Source: Armatimonadota bacterium (lineage in GTDB: Bacteria; Armatimonadota; UBA5829; DTLH01). Taken from it: 59,658 nt of DNA. Positions 1 through 9,516 of the stretch are shown piece after piece. The stretch covers positions 1 through 59,658 of the forward strand of contig JBDKSP010000060.1 in NCBI GenBank assembly GCA_039680575.1. Reading direction: 5' to 3'. The notes beneath the pieces are model-generated. The model was not told the origin of the DNA. It saw only the letters and a program-made list of their open reading frames with translations, and searched no databases. A program made the translations under genes and the position numbers. Every line of letters begins with the position of its first letter. Position 1 is the stretch's first letter.

Positions 1-231
1 CCGAAAATCTTCCGGAAGAGTTTCAGGTATAAGTGTAAAATCAACAGATAAAGCTACATCAGAGAACTGTTTATATAGCTGTAAGGCTGTTACTTTATCT
101 CCTGAAACTCTGTAGGTGGTATCTGAAACTCTTTGGTTGCCAAGAGATAGCCGAAAACCTCTGGACTGACAGAATAGGCGGGGTTTTCTCAGCAGCAGAA
201 CAATTAAATAAGTAATTCACGGAATTTGGGC

Positions 232-257
232 AGGAATCCGTCCTCTCTGCGAAGAAG
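232..257 (+). promoter_or_regulatory. Candidate SigH-like promoter AGGA-N18-GAAG
   Basis: AGGA atccgtcctctctgcgaa GAAG, 155 nt upstream of the ORF at 412. The same spacing recurs at 32638 and 48018. Confidence 0.4.
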
Positions 258-411
258 TTATTACATTGGAGCGGGCAAACTCGATTTTTTGACCTTCTTG
301 TCGGGGTCGAAACGCGGGGATTTTATAATACGAGGTTGCAGAGCTTCGGCATTGTTGTCTAATGCCCTTCTTTTCGGACATTGATTAAGGCTGGTTGAAG
401 TGTAGGAGACA

Positions 412-2835
412 ATGGATCGAGACTTAACGAATACCTCGGGTTATATCGCCAAGAATTACACATGCGATTTACCGGGCAAAGATGAAATAGCCCGGCTTCT
501 CGCAGCTTCCGCGCGTCCGTTTGTAGTCGCAAGCGACCGCGAGCTGAGCGTGCTCCGCCGTGGGCTCACAAAGGAAGGCTGGAAACGCAGCCTTTACCTC
601 CAGGATGCCCCGGAAGATGCCTTTTCGCTCAGCGGTACTGGGCTCCTCGCCCGCGCCAACCAATGGCTTGCCACCTCCATCGAAATTCCAGAACGCGGAG
701 GGAGCTGCAGCGACTTCTATTGTGACGATGGTACCAAGCTGGAGCTTCCTGTCCATGGATCAACCAGCGGGGAATATCGATGTCCCGGCTGCGGCAAGAC
801 TTACAGTGGGGACAAATACAGCGCAGCCGCAAGGTGGTTCCATCACAACGCACTGGCTAACGGATGCCTTGCTCTTGCGCTTGTCCATCAGATAGACCGC
901 GATCAGGAATACGCGGAAAAGGCAATAGAGATTCTTCTCAGCTATGCAAAGGCATATCCCGCCTCAAGCACCGGTGAAGACTTGGGCGGGATGATGGACC
1001 AGCCGCAGGATGAAGCGGCATGGATTATCCCGCTGGCACAGTCCTATGATCTTGTCTACCACTCCAGATTTCTCACACCTGTCGACAGGGATGCCGTCGA
1101 AAACAAGCTGCTCAGGCAGGCTGCACAAAGACTGGCAAAACTCGATGTTACCGGCTCCGAAGCCTCGTGGCGGCTTGCCGCAGTCGGAATAGTGGGCTGC
1201 GCGCTCAAGGATGCCGGTCTTCTGAGTGCCTCGTTGGCGGATTTCTCAAATCAGATCAAGAATGAGCTCGGTCATGACGGAATTTGGCCTGAATCGGTGC
1301 ATACGCATCATTTTTCATCACTTTCCGCGTTCATTCACATTGCTGAAGCGTGCAGCCGTATAGGCATCGACCTTTTTAACTACCAACCTGCCCCGCGCAG
1401 GTGTTTGAAGTCGATGTTTACCGCACCTATCAGCTACGCATATCCATCATTCCAGCTCCCTGCAATTAACAACGGACCATACTCTTCCAATCTCCCGCTG
1501 TCGCTCTACGAAATAGCTTTCAGGCGGTGGACCGACCCGGTTTTTGCCTGGGTGCTCAGGACGGGCTATGACTATTCGAAGTATCCCGAAAGCGATATAC
1601 ATATCAATCATCGCCGGGAGTTCACGAGAAGCAGCTTTTACGCATTCCTCTTCGGAAGAGACCTGCCGGGACGGGTGCAGGAACCCAAACTGGTCTCTAC
1701 AAACCATCCCGGTCTGGGAATATGCACCCTGCGGAGCGGCGGGGGTTCCATGCTGACGTTCGATTATGGACCGTTCCTTCAGCACGGACAGCTCGACAAG
1801 ATGGGTATCACGCTTTACGCGAACAACAAACCGCTCTGCGCCGACTATGGTACGCCGGGGTCGGGATCGGCAATTGCCGACTACTATAAAGGCACATTCT
1901 GCCATAACACGGTTGTCGTAGACGGCAGCCACCAACATCCGACATCGGAGTCCAGGCTCCTCGAATTCCGGCAGGGCGAATATCTTCAGATAGCCAAGGC
2001 CGAGTCCAAAGAAGCGTATCCTGGTGTACATCACATAAGGCGGGTAATGATGGCCTGTGATATAGCCTTGGTGCAGGATACGCTGGAAAGTGATTCGGAA
2101 CATGTCTATGACTGGCTCCTGCGCTGCGAAGGCGAGCTTTGCGATCTTCCGCCCGCAACCGGCCATACAACTGATACGCCTGAATGGATCACAAAAGCGA
2201 TAAGCCTGGGTGAAATGGCTGACTTTACCGCAAGATGGCATGACGGCGACTCTGGACTAGCCTCATTCTTTTCTATGGATGCGCCGGGAACAGCAATGCG
2301 CGCGCGCTGCCCTGCCGAAACAGCCGCTCGGACAGTCCCTCTGGTCTGCCTGCGTCGTAAAGGGAAAAAGGCGAGTTACCTATCACTCCTCATCCCGTAC
2401 AGTGGTGACGCGCCGAAGATCGCCTGCAGCGGAAATGCGATCAAGATCATCCGGGGCGATACCGTCAACTGGATTTACACAGCAGGTTTATCGCAGAACC
2501 ACACCGGCAGCAGCAATAAATCCGAGATAGAGTCCGATGCCGAAATGGCGGCGGTGAGCGAGGTCAACGGAGAAGTGGTCTGCTGCGGGCTTTACAACGG
2601 CAGCTATGTGAAACTGAGGGGCGAGCCGCTCCTGATGGCCGCCGGACAGTTCGACCGGATAGAGATAAGGCTCGATTCCCGCAATCCTATAATCGCTTTC
2701 GAAGGAGCTTCGGGCGGATACCTCCGGCTGAAGTGCCATTCCCGCGCCATGCGGGTAAACGGCCACCGTATCTCCGCGACGGGCTTCGACGGAATGGCCA
2801 CAATCCGCTTGGTCGGCGTGCTGGCAGGAGCGTAA
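412..2835 (+). CDS. Heparinase II/III-family (PL12/15/17-like) protein with N-terminal alginate-lyase-like domain
   Basis: 807 aa ORF with RBS AGGAG. Motifs AQSYDLV, HGQLDK, DYGTPG and HNTVVVDG; N-terminal CPGCG; no signal peptide. Confidence 0.75.
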   Translation: MDRDLTNTSGYIAKNYTCDLPGKDEIARLLAASARPFVVASDRELSVLRRGLTKEGWKRSLYLQDAPEDAFSLSGTGLLARANQWLATSIEIPERGGSCSDFYCDDGTKLELPVHGSTSGEYRCPGCGKTYSGDKYSAAARWFHHNALANGCLALALVHQIDRDQEYAEKAIEILLSYAKAYPASSTGEDLGGMMDQPQDEAAWIIPLAQSYDLVYHSRFLTPVDRDAVENKLLRQAAQRLAKLDVTGSEASWRLAAVGIVGCALKDAGLLSASLADFSNQIKNELGHDGIWPESVHTHHFSSLSAFIHIAEACSRIGIDLFNYQPAPRRCLKSMFTAPISYAYPSFQLPAINNGPYSSNLPLSLYEIAFRRWTDPVFAWVLRTGYDYSKYPESDIHINHRREFTRSSFYAFLFGRDLPGRVQEPKLVSTNHPGLGICTLRSGGGSMLTFDYGPFLQHGQLDKMGITLYANNKPLCADYGTPGSGSAIADYYKGTFCHNTVVVDGSHQHPTSESRLLEFRQGEYLQIAKAESKEAYPGVHHIRRVMMACDIALVQDTLESDSEHVYDWLLRCEGELCDLPPATGHTTDTPEWITKAISLGEMADFTARWHDGDSGLASFFSMDAPGTAMRARCPAETAARTVPLVCLRRKGKKASYLSLLIPYSGDAPKIACSGNAIKIIRGDTVNWIYTAGLSQNHTGSSNKSEIESDAEMAAVSEVNGEVVCCGLYNGSYVKLRGEPLLMAAGQFDRIEIRLDSRNPIIAFEGASGGYLRLKCHSRAMRVNGHRISATGFDGMATIRLVGVLAGA

Positions 2836-2867
2836 AGCTTATTTCTGTACTTCGGAGACCGCAGTTA

Positions 2868-2893
2868 CCCCGTGGACCTATCGGACCACGGGG
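2868..2893. repeat. REP-like palindrome family C, copy 1
   Basis: CCCCGTGG-acctatcgga-CCACGGGG; inverted copy at 59588-59613. Confidence 0.75.
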
Positions 2894-2910
2894 AGAAGCA
2901 CAGGTTTTTC

Positions 2911-2960
2911 CCAATCTCTTTGGAGTGCGGAAGCGCTAGCTTCCGCTTTTCTATCGGCAT
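2911..2960. repeat. REP-like palindrome family B (GCGGAAGC-N-GCTTCCGC), copy 1
   Basis: TTTGGAGTGCGGAAGCgctaGCTTCCGCTTTTCTATCGG; related copies at 21169, 30644 and 36904. Confidence 0.8.
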
Positions 2961-3030
2961 ATTCTGCTAAACAAGGAAGGGCAAGGGTGAGTATTCCCTT
3001 AATTGCAGCTAACGGTCGGAGGTGATTTCC

Positions 3031-4302
3031 ATGCGAAAGCTAATAGTTGTAGCCACACTCCTGATATTGGCATCAGCGGTTTCCCATGTGAATGCGGATG
3101 GGGTATTTCTCATAGATATAAACTCAAATCTGGCTCCTGGAAGCCATGCCAGGGATATCACCGAACCCATTCAGAAAGCGCTGGTTATCTATGACAAGGG
3201 AGTGGAGACTCTTGTGCTTCAGGTCAGTTACAAGGGCAGCGTTTCCAGGTTTGCCTGGCTCGTCCCTACTCCATCAAAGCCGAAAGTTTCGAAGGTAGAC
3301 GAGCCTGTTTTCCATTGGCTGCACATCGCCACAGCGCCTAGAGTGCGTTACTGGTTCGATGCAACTCATAAGCTCTATAATTATAGTTACCCAAGATCGC
3401 TTGCCGCAGCCATGCCAGCACCAGGTGCTCTCGACGTCCAGGTTCTGGAGAAAAAGCAGGTCGGAGTATATGATATTGCAGTCCTACGTGCCGGAAACGC
3501 AGAGGATCTTCTTCAGTGGCTGAGAAACAACAACTATGAAATTACGCCGAAGCTCGCCCCGGCAGTCTCGGATTATATCCAGCGTGGATGGGTATTTACA
3601 GCAATGCGGATCAATACCGGCTACCAAAACAAAGTATCCAAGAGCCTGCACGAGGGTGTCCTTCAATCCCTTAAGTTCAAATTCCGTGTTCACGAACCTG
3701 TATATCCTCTTAAGGTATCTTCGCTCAACAAAGGAAAAACGGACATCCTCCTTTATGTCCTCGCACAACGCCGCGTTGATGCGCAACTCATGAAAACAGA
3801 GTGTTCAATCGTTTATTACAATCCATATTTACTGTCCTTGGTTGGTTCTGAGTTACCCGCCCGGCTTACGAAGCTCACAGCACAGCTTTCACCGGAACAG
3901 ATGACGCATGACCTTCTTCTCAAGCCTGCCGAAATAAACGACATAATGCTTACTAAACCTGTCTCGCCGCCTTTTCTTGAGAACCTCGGAGCTTCTTCTC
4001 TTCTGCTACTGAAAAATTCGCTTACTTACCCGAGTTCGCTGATTGTGCTCGGATGCACTGCCCTTATCGCACTGAGCCCGTTTGGACGGAAACGCTGGCG
4101 TATATGGATTGCTGCGGGAATAGTATTCGTCATTGCAGGTCTTCCTTCTTATAGCGAGTACGCTGCGAGGCTGACAGCCAGGAGGCTACAAGAAAATGGA
4201 GGATACGCTCCGGCCGGTATATGGGCACTTGTAATTATCGGCATTGTATTGGGAAGTATTGCGTTTTCTATTGTGCGAAATATTCGCAAACGTCGTGATT
4301 AG
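3031..4302 (+). CDS. DUF2330-family exported/membrane-anchored protein
   Basis: Signal peptide, then ADG; motifs FAWLVPTPSKP, VGVYDIAVL, WLRNNNY, YIQRGWVF, YPLKVSSL; C-terminal TM helices. GGAGG RBS precedes ATG 3031. Confidence 0.75.
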   Translation: MRKLIVVATLLILASAVSHVNADGVFLIDINSNLAPGSHARDITEPIQKALVIYDKGVETLVLQVSYKGSVSRFAWLVPTPSKPKVSKVDEPVFHWLHIATAPRVRYWFDATHKLYNYSYPRSLAAAMPAPGALDVQVLEKKQVGVYDIAVLRAGNAEDLLQWLRNNNYEITPKLAPAVSDYIQRGWVFTAMRINTGYQNKVSKSLHEGVLQSLKFKFRVHEPVYPLKVSSLNKGKTDILLYVLAQRRVDAQLMKTECSIVYYNPYLLSLVGSELPARLTKLTAQLSPEQMTHDLLLKPAEINDIMLTKPVSPPFLENLGASSLLLLKNSLTYPSSLIVLGCTALIALSPFGRKRWRIWIAAGIVFVIAGLPSYSEYAARLTARRLQENGGYAPAGIWALVIIGIVLGSIAFSIVRNIRKRRD

Positions 4303-4535
4303 CTGCGGATGTAAAAATCGGAGATGTGGTCCTTCGGGATGAGCACTTCTATTACTGCGACATATTTCCTGATAAATCTGAGCTTGGATGCCGGGTGATC
4401 GATCATAGTTGATTGACCTGGATTGTATGCTGCCCGAGAGAGTGGAGCTTTATGGGTCTCCACCTTCCGCGTCTCAATCTCTTCTGTGCCTCCGCGGTTC
4501 AAAATGATAGATTAGTGGATATAGATAGAGATGAG

Positions 4536-4589
4536 GGGCATGGATGCCCCGGAAAAATGGGCCCAGGGCATGGATCCCCTGGGCCATCA
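4536..4589. repeat. REP-like doublet family A (GGGCATGGATGCCC...GGGCATGGATCCCC..CCATCA), copy 1
   Basis: 54-bp unit; other copies at 15667, 52843 and 58039. Confidence 0.85.
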
Positions 4590-4607
4590 ACTGTTCTCCA
4601 CTGAAAG

Positions 4608-5636
4608 CTACTCTACCGAAGTAACCTTGCTTCCGTAGATATAATCACCCGGAACCTTGTTGTAGCGTCTTGCAATGGCTTCCAGCATCACTTCATGCGT
4701 CGCAGCTGCCGCCAGAGCGAAGAGTTCTTCCCCTACTTCCGGTACCACAAGCACCTGGTTCGCGCCGGGAAGGTCGAACTTGCGGTCTGTGATGACTACG
4801 ACATGGCTTCCCTTCTCGGCGACTTCCACTGCCATAGACTTCAGCAGTTCGTAGGTCTTGCCGTTCGGGATGAACATCATGCAGGTGTGGTTCGTCCCGA
4901 CAAGCTCGAACGGGCCATGGCGGAACTGTCCACCGACAAGCGGAGTGGCGGAAGTGTTGCATCCTTCCATAAATGTGAGTGTTGCCTGCCTTGCTGCTAC
5001 CATACTAGGTCCGCGGCCGATCATCTGCACGACATTTGCGGCGCGGCAGATATCTGCGGCACGCTCGACGCCCTCGCTGTCATACTGGTCCATTACGTCT
5101 GCAACATGTGCCAGTTCGTCGAGCGCTTTGTCTATAGCTGCCTGGCCGTTGAGCGCCTTAGCCATCAGATAGATCACTCCCAGAGTGTTGATGTAGGTCT
5201 TCGATGCTATTGAGTTCTCACTGCCCGCATACATCGGCAGCACCAGTTTTGCCGCATTGGCGAGCGTGCTCCCCTCGGTGTTCGTGATCGTGACCAGAGC
5301 CGCATCTTTGGGCAGGATGTCGAGCAGTTTTCTTGTCTCGACACTCTCACCGGACTGGCTGACCAGCACCGGCAGTCCCTTTACCGGCCTCGGGTAATGC
5401 AGCAGCTCGCTCGAATCGATCGTTGTCGCGTCGACCCCGCTTATCGCCATCGACCAGATGACCATCTCAGGGGCAAACTTTGAGGTCCCCATCCCTGAGA
5501 AAACAACCTGACCGCTCTTTTTAGCCATTTCAGCCCACTGGGAGAGAAGCGGCTGACCATCTTTCCGATAGAAATTGATGAGGTCACGCAGCGCCTCCGG
5601 CTGCATTGCGACATCCGATAAAAACTTACCCTGCAT
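4608..5636 (-). CDS. Double SIS-domain sugar-phosphate isomerase/deaminase (GlmS isomerase-domain-like)
   Basis: Motifs GMGTS, SQSGESVET, ITN, ASKTY, GRGPS and FRHGPFE; no glutaminase domain. Confidence 0.85.
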   Translation of the reverse strand: MQGKFLSDVAMQPEALRDLINFYRKDGQPLLSQWAEMAKKSGQVVFSGMGTSKFAPEMVIWSMAISGVDATTIDSSELLHYPRPVKGLPVLVSQSGESVETRKLLDILPKDAALVTITNTEGSTLANAAKLVLPMYAGSENSIASKTYINTLGVIYLMAKALNGQAAIDKALDELAHVADVMDQYDSEGVERAADICRAANVVQMIGRGPSMVAARQATLTFMEGCNTSATPLVGGQFRHGPFELVGTNHTCMMFIPNGKTYELLKSMAVEVAEKGSHVVVITDRKFDLPGANQVLVVPEVGEELFALAAAATHEVMLEAIARRYNKVPGDYIYGSKVTSVE

Positions 5637-5669
5637 ATTGCGACTCCTTCTGAATTGTCTTGTATTATT

Positions 5670-6263
5670 TTAATCCAGCACATTCACACGCTTCACAGGC
5701 CAGTAACGAAGCCATGCTTTGGCGCGGATCTTATTTATGGGAAGCTCACCCCAGTCGCGGCTGTCCCTGCTGTTATCCCTGTAATCGCCCATCACGAACA
5801 GATTACCTTTCCTGATCTTTTCAGGACCAAAATCTCCGTGCGGGGTACGTATCAGATAATGCTCGGCCAGCGGACGCTGGTCTATGAATACCTGCCCTCT
5901 GTGTATCTCGATAGTCTCGCCTGGCAAACCCACTATTCGCTTTATGAACGCTTTTTTGGGATCGCGTGGATAACTAAAGACGATAACATCTCCTCTGGCT
6001 GGAGTTTTGAACCTGTAGATGAACTTATTGCCGAGGATGCGCTCGCCGGTCCGAAGGTTCGGCTCCATGCAGCTTCCCGAGACGGCAAACCCCTGTACCA
6101 CGAACGTGACGAGGAACAGGAAAATCACAATCGTAACCACCGCTGACTGCAGCCATGTACTGGCTATTATGGCGGCGTTTATACCACTCTCGGGTTTATC
6201 ATCCTCAGCTTCGGAAACCGACAGTTGCTCTAAAGAGGTATCTAGCTCTTCGATAACCGGCAT
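5670..6263 (-). CDS. lepB: Signal peptidase I
   Basis: TM segment, catalytic Ser region (SGSCMEP), RGDVIVF, FIKRIVGLPGE, MGDYRDNSRDSR. Confidence 0.93.
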   Translation of the reverse strand: MPVIEELDTSLEQLSVSEAEDDKPESGINAAIIASTWLQSAVVTIVIFLFLVTFVVQGFAVSGSCMEPNLRTGERILGNKFIYRFKTPARGDVIVFSYPRDPKKAFIKRIVGLPGETIEIHRGQVFIDQRPLAEHYLIRTPHGDFGPEKIRKGNLFVMGDYRDNSRDSRDWGELPINKIRAKAWLRYWPVKRVNVLD

Positions 6264-6299
6264 GAAAACATCCGTCTAAAATTGATAGAGGCAACCACA

Positions 6300-6360
6300 G
6301 AGTTTTGGCAGTTGATGTAACGAGTAATAAATATCGTTTAAGCCAAAACTCTTCAGATGG
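6300..6360. promoter_or_regulatory. Conserved 61-bp element GAGTTTTGG-N34-CYRAAACTC, copy 1
   Basis: 49/61 identity by manual alignment to 47956-48016; abuts the sigH stop codon. Confidence 0.7.
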
Positions 6361-7047
6361 TTAACCAGGGTCCGATATACCCGGCCAGCGGTAAGGTGTC
6401 TCTGAAATCTTTCGTTTGATGCGGGCAAGCGCGTTATCGACCGATTTAGTCTTGCACTCAAGCTCGCAGGCAATCTCCCTGTAAGACTTTCCGACCTGAT
6501 AGCCCGCCAGAACGCGCCACTCGAAGTCGGACAGCAGTCTCCTCAGCATATTCTGAAGCCTTCTTGTATCCTCGCGCTTCAGGAGCAGTTCCTCCGGGTC
6601 CACTGTGTCATCCGCAATCAATATCTCGGCAAGGTTCCACTCCGATTCGCTGTCATCCGACGGATATTCGAGAGATACAGACGTATTGAGCGGAGCCTGT
6701 TTCTGCCTCGTAGCCGTTTTGATAGCCGTTATGACGTGGCGTTCTATGCAGATTCGGGCAAAAGAAAGGAAAGAGATGTCCTTATCGGCGCGATAGTCGA
6801 GCACGGCCTGCCAAAGCCCGATCATACCAATCTGAAGCAGGTCCTCTTTCTCCGCTCCCAGGAGGAAATAGGATCTGACCTTGGTCCGCACAAGACTGCG
6901 GTACTTGTACAACAGGTATTCGGCGGCGGACTGGACTCCTTCCTGAGCTATCTCGACAATCTCCTGATCGGAAAGATTGGCATAGCAGCTCGGGCTCATC
7001 CGGCGATCTTCCGCAAAAGCATACACCCGCTCGATGGTTTTGCTCAT
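6361..7047 (-). CDS. sigH: RNA polymerase sigma factor, Firmicutes SigH type
   Basis: Motifs YFLLGAEKEDLLQIGMIGL, FARICIERHVITAIKTATRQKQAPLN, LSDFE and KSVDNALARIKRK match the SigH family. Confidence 0.88.
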   Translation of the reverse strand: MSKTIERVYAFAEDRRMSPSCYANLSDQEIVEIAQEGVQSAAEYLLYKYRSLVRTKVRSYFLLGAEKEDLLQIGMIGLWQAVLDYRADKDISFLSFARICIERHVITAIKTATRQKQAPLNTSVSLEYPSDDSESEWNLAEILIADDTVDPEELLLKREDTRRLQNMLRRLLSDFEWRVLAGYQVGKSYREIACELECKTKSVDNALARIKRKISETPYRWPGISDPG

Positions 7048-7052
7048 AACGC

Positions 7053-7406
7053 CTATCCTTCCGGTGTCCTTTCTTCCTGCTCTATCTCAATCGTGGATCT
7101 GCTGATAATAACGGCTGCAAGCCCGACGATAACTGCTGCTGCAGCGGTGAGCGCAATAGGATATTCGCCTACCGTTCTGCCCCCGAACTTCAGACGGAGC
7201 TTATTTATGGTTCCGGAATCCATGATCCTCTGCACATCGTCCAGAAGCTCAATGCCTACGGACAGCAGATCGCCTTTGCCTTTTTCGAGGTTGACCAATG
7301 CCTGGACTACATCGCCGTTGGACTCCGCCAGCGCTTGTCTGGCATCTTCATAGCTTACATCCAACCGGCTCCGTATAGCATCCAGCTTTTCGAGCTGAGT
7401 CTCCAT
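7053..7406 (-). CDS. Small protein with UBA/EF-Ts-N-like domain plus DUF4342-like domain
   Basis: IRSRLDVSYEDARQALAESNGDVVQALV, followed by a beta segment, a hydrophobic hairpin and TIEIE. Confidence 0.7.
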   Translation of the reverse strand: METQLEKLDAIRSRLDVSYEDARQALAESNGDVVQALVNLEKGKGDLLSVGIELLDDVQRIMDSGTINKLRLKFGGRTVGEYPIALTAAAAVIVGLAAVIISRSTIEIEQEERTPEG

Positions 7407-7427
7407 AATGCATTCACCCCCGCGCAG

Positions 7428-7457
7428 ATTATAACTGATTCAAAGTGCCATTGACAA
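7428..7457 (-). promoter_or_regulatory. Sigma70-type promoter for the DUF4342-sigH unit
   Basis: TTGTCA-N18-TATAAT on the minus strand, ending 21 nt before ATG 7406. Confidence 0.6.
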
Positions 7458-7583
7458 CAGATTCCAGAGCTTGTTTGACAAAAAGATGCGATTTTTTCTG
7501 TAATAATCCCTTTTAACCCCGATTTCGGGGAGGAATTCCCGTCTGAGGTGTCGAAATGTACTGCTTAACCTCTTGAAACCTCG

Positions 7584-8336
7584 TCACTTGTGATATTGAA
7601 GGAACCACTCAGCCAGAAATTCATCCCGATAGCCTTTGTCCCAGGAGTTGTGGCCGACACCAGGGTAGATCGTAAGCCTGCACGACCCTCCTGCAGCCTC
7701 AAGGTTCTTCTTCATATCGACAGACGCAGCAACCGGAACAGCCTCATCGGCATCACCGTGAAAAGCCCAGACCGGCATCTTGGTTAACTTCTTCGCTATT
7801 GTCTCATCACCCCATCCGCAGATCGGTGCAATGGCGGCAAATATATCAGGATGCTTTGCCGCGATAGCCCATGTGCCGTGGCCGCCCTGCGATAACCCTG
7901 TCAGATAAAGCCTGGAACTGTCTACATTCAACTCCTTTTTTGTTTTTGCAAGTATCGCCATAACCATAGCGTCTTCATCCTCCCAGTTCGACTTCACCGT
8001 CTGCTTCTGGGGGAAAAGTATGATAAACGGCCATTTCTCAACGTCCGTCATCACGGCGCTTCCAAGTCCAACCACTATCTGCCTCAGACCATCGGTCCCG
8101 CATTCACCGGCACCGTTCAGGAAGACAATAGTCGGAGCCGGTTTTTTCGGATCATAGGTGGGAGGAACATAGGCCACGTATTTTATCGACTTGCCGCTGA
8201 CTTTGACCGTCTTCATCAGAAAACCTTTAGTTATCTCGCAGCTTTTCGGCTGAACAGCATCAACCTGCGCTGAAAACGCCGCTGCGGACAACAGGAAAAC
8301 TAACGCGATGATAATAAATGTTGTAGTATAATGCAT
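7584..8336 (-). CDS. Exported alpha/beta-hydrolase (predicted peptidase/esterase)
   Basis: Signal peptide; GLSQGG nucleophile elbow, FHGDADEAVP, YPGVGHNSW. Confidence 0.85.
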   Translation of the reverse strand: MHYTTTFIIIALVFLLSAAAFSAQVDAVQPKSCEITKGFLMKTVKVSGKSIKYVAYVPPTYDPKKPAPTIVFLNGAGECGTDGLRQIVVGLGSAVMTDVEKWPFIILFPQKQTVKSNWEDEDAMVMAILAKTKKELNVDSSRLYLTGLSQGGHGTWAIAAKHPDIFAAIAPICGWGDETIAKKLTKMPVWAFHGDADEAVPVAASVDMKKNLEAAGGSCRLTIYPGVGHNSWDKGYRDEFLAEWFLQYHK

Positions 8337-8349
8337 TTTTACCTCATTG

Positions 8350-9516
8350 TTACTTCTTTACCGTCGCTACCGCGTAACAGGCAGCACCGGAACCGGCTCC
8401 GATGTCTCCCAGCTTCTCAGCGGTAGTCGCCTTGATACTCACCCGCTCAGGATCGACGCCGATAGCCGCAGCTATTTTCTTCTGCATCTCAGGTACTCGC
8501 TTTGCGATCTTCGGGCGCTCCGCCACGAGCGTTGCATCCACATTAACGACCGACCAACCCGCGCCTTTCAAGACCGATGCAACCTGCTCAAGAAGGAAAA
8601 TGCTCGATATGCCGCGGTACTGTTCATCGGTATCAGGAAAGTGCCGCCCGATGTCACCGAGCGCCGCAGCGCCCAGAATTGCATCGGAGATTGCGTGAAG
8701 TATCACATCCGCGTCCGAATGACCTTTGAGCCCGTCTTCGCCGGGGAACTCCACGCCCCCAAGCATCAGCCTCCTGCCGGGTTCGAACCTGTGTATATCG
8801 TAGCCGAAACCTGTCCTTGCCTCCACCGGCGGTTTGCCTCCAAGCATCATCTCGACAAACTCCAGATCGAGAGGAGTAGTCACTTTGATATTATCATAAG
8901 ACCCTTGAACGAGCTTGACCGGATGTCCCAGCCGCTCCACGAGCGACGCGTCGTCCGTTCCCAGGTAGCCGTCGGCATCCGCCTGCCGGTAAGCCTGAAG
9001 AAGCAGAGATTTTTCGAAAGTTTGAGGAGTCTGGATGCTCCAGAGCGTGCTTCGGTCCGGTGTAGCAGTCACTATACCGTCCATTCCGGCCATCTTGATG
9101 GTATCTATGACCGGCGTAGCCGCCACAGCCGCTCCCATCTCCCGAGCCGTTTCGATGGTCGCTCTGATCGTTTCCTGATGTACGAGCGGGCGGGCACCAT
9201 CATGGACCGCGACGATATTTGTTGAGGAGTCGAGCGCTAGAAGCCCGCGCTCGACTGATTCCTGGCGGTGGCCGCCGCCGGCGCCCACCGCTCTCAGTTT
9301 ATATATGCCGTATCTTTCCGCTATCTCACGAGCATAACCGATCTCGTGTTCGGCGACTACAAGCACTATGTCGTCGACAAGCCCGCACTGCTCGAATGAA
9401 CCGAGCGTGTGGGCCAGAAGCGGCTTACCGGCGGCTTGGGCGAATACTTTGTTCGATCCCCTACCGAATCTTTCTCCTCGGCCTGCCGCCGGAATAACTG
9501 CGGATATTCCGGTCAA
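8350..9516 (-). CDS. ispDF: Bifunctional MEP cytidylyltransferase / MEcPP synthase
   Basis: IspD motifs [25 protein letters not shown]; IspF motifs GFGYDIH, GHSDADV, KATT. TTG start overlaps the upstream gene by 56 nt. Confidence 0.95.
   Translation of the reverse strand: MTGISAVIPAAGRGERFGRGSNKVFAQAAGKPLLAHTLGSFEQCGLVDDIVLVVAEHEIGYAREIAERYGIYKLRAVGAGGGHRQESVERGLLALDSSTNIVAVHDGARPLVHQETIRATIETAREMGAAVAATPVIDTIKMAGMDGIVTATPDRSTLWSIQTPQTFEKSLLLQAYRQADADGYLGTDDASLVERLGHPVKLVQGSYDNIKVTTPLDLEFVEMMLGGKPPVEARTGFGYDIHRFEPGRRLMLGGVEFPGEDGLKGHSDADVILHAISDAILGAAALGDIGRHFPDTDEQYRGISSIFLLEQVASVLKGAGWSVVNVDATLVAERPKIAKRVPEMQKKIAAAIGVDPERVSIKATTAEKLGDIGAGSGAACYAVATVKK

Noticed and set aside
1..170. CRISPR-like array from the repeated CTGAAACTC
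   Set aside because: The repeats are only about 9 bp, in mixed orientation and irregularly spaced, with no cas genes.
270..370. c-di-GMP-I riboswitch (GGGCAAAC) in the leader of the gene at 412
   Set aside because: The GAAA tetraloop stem and GACGCAAAG elements are missing.
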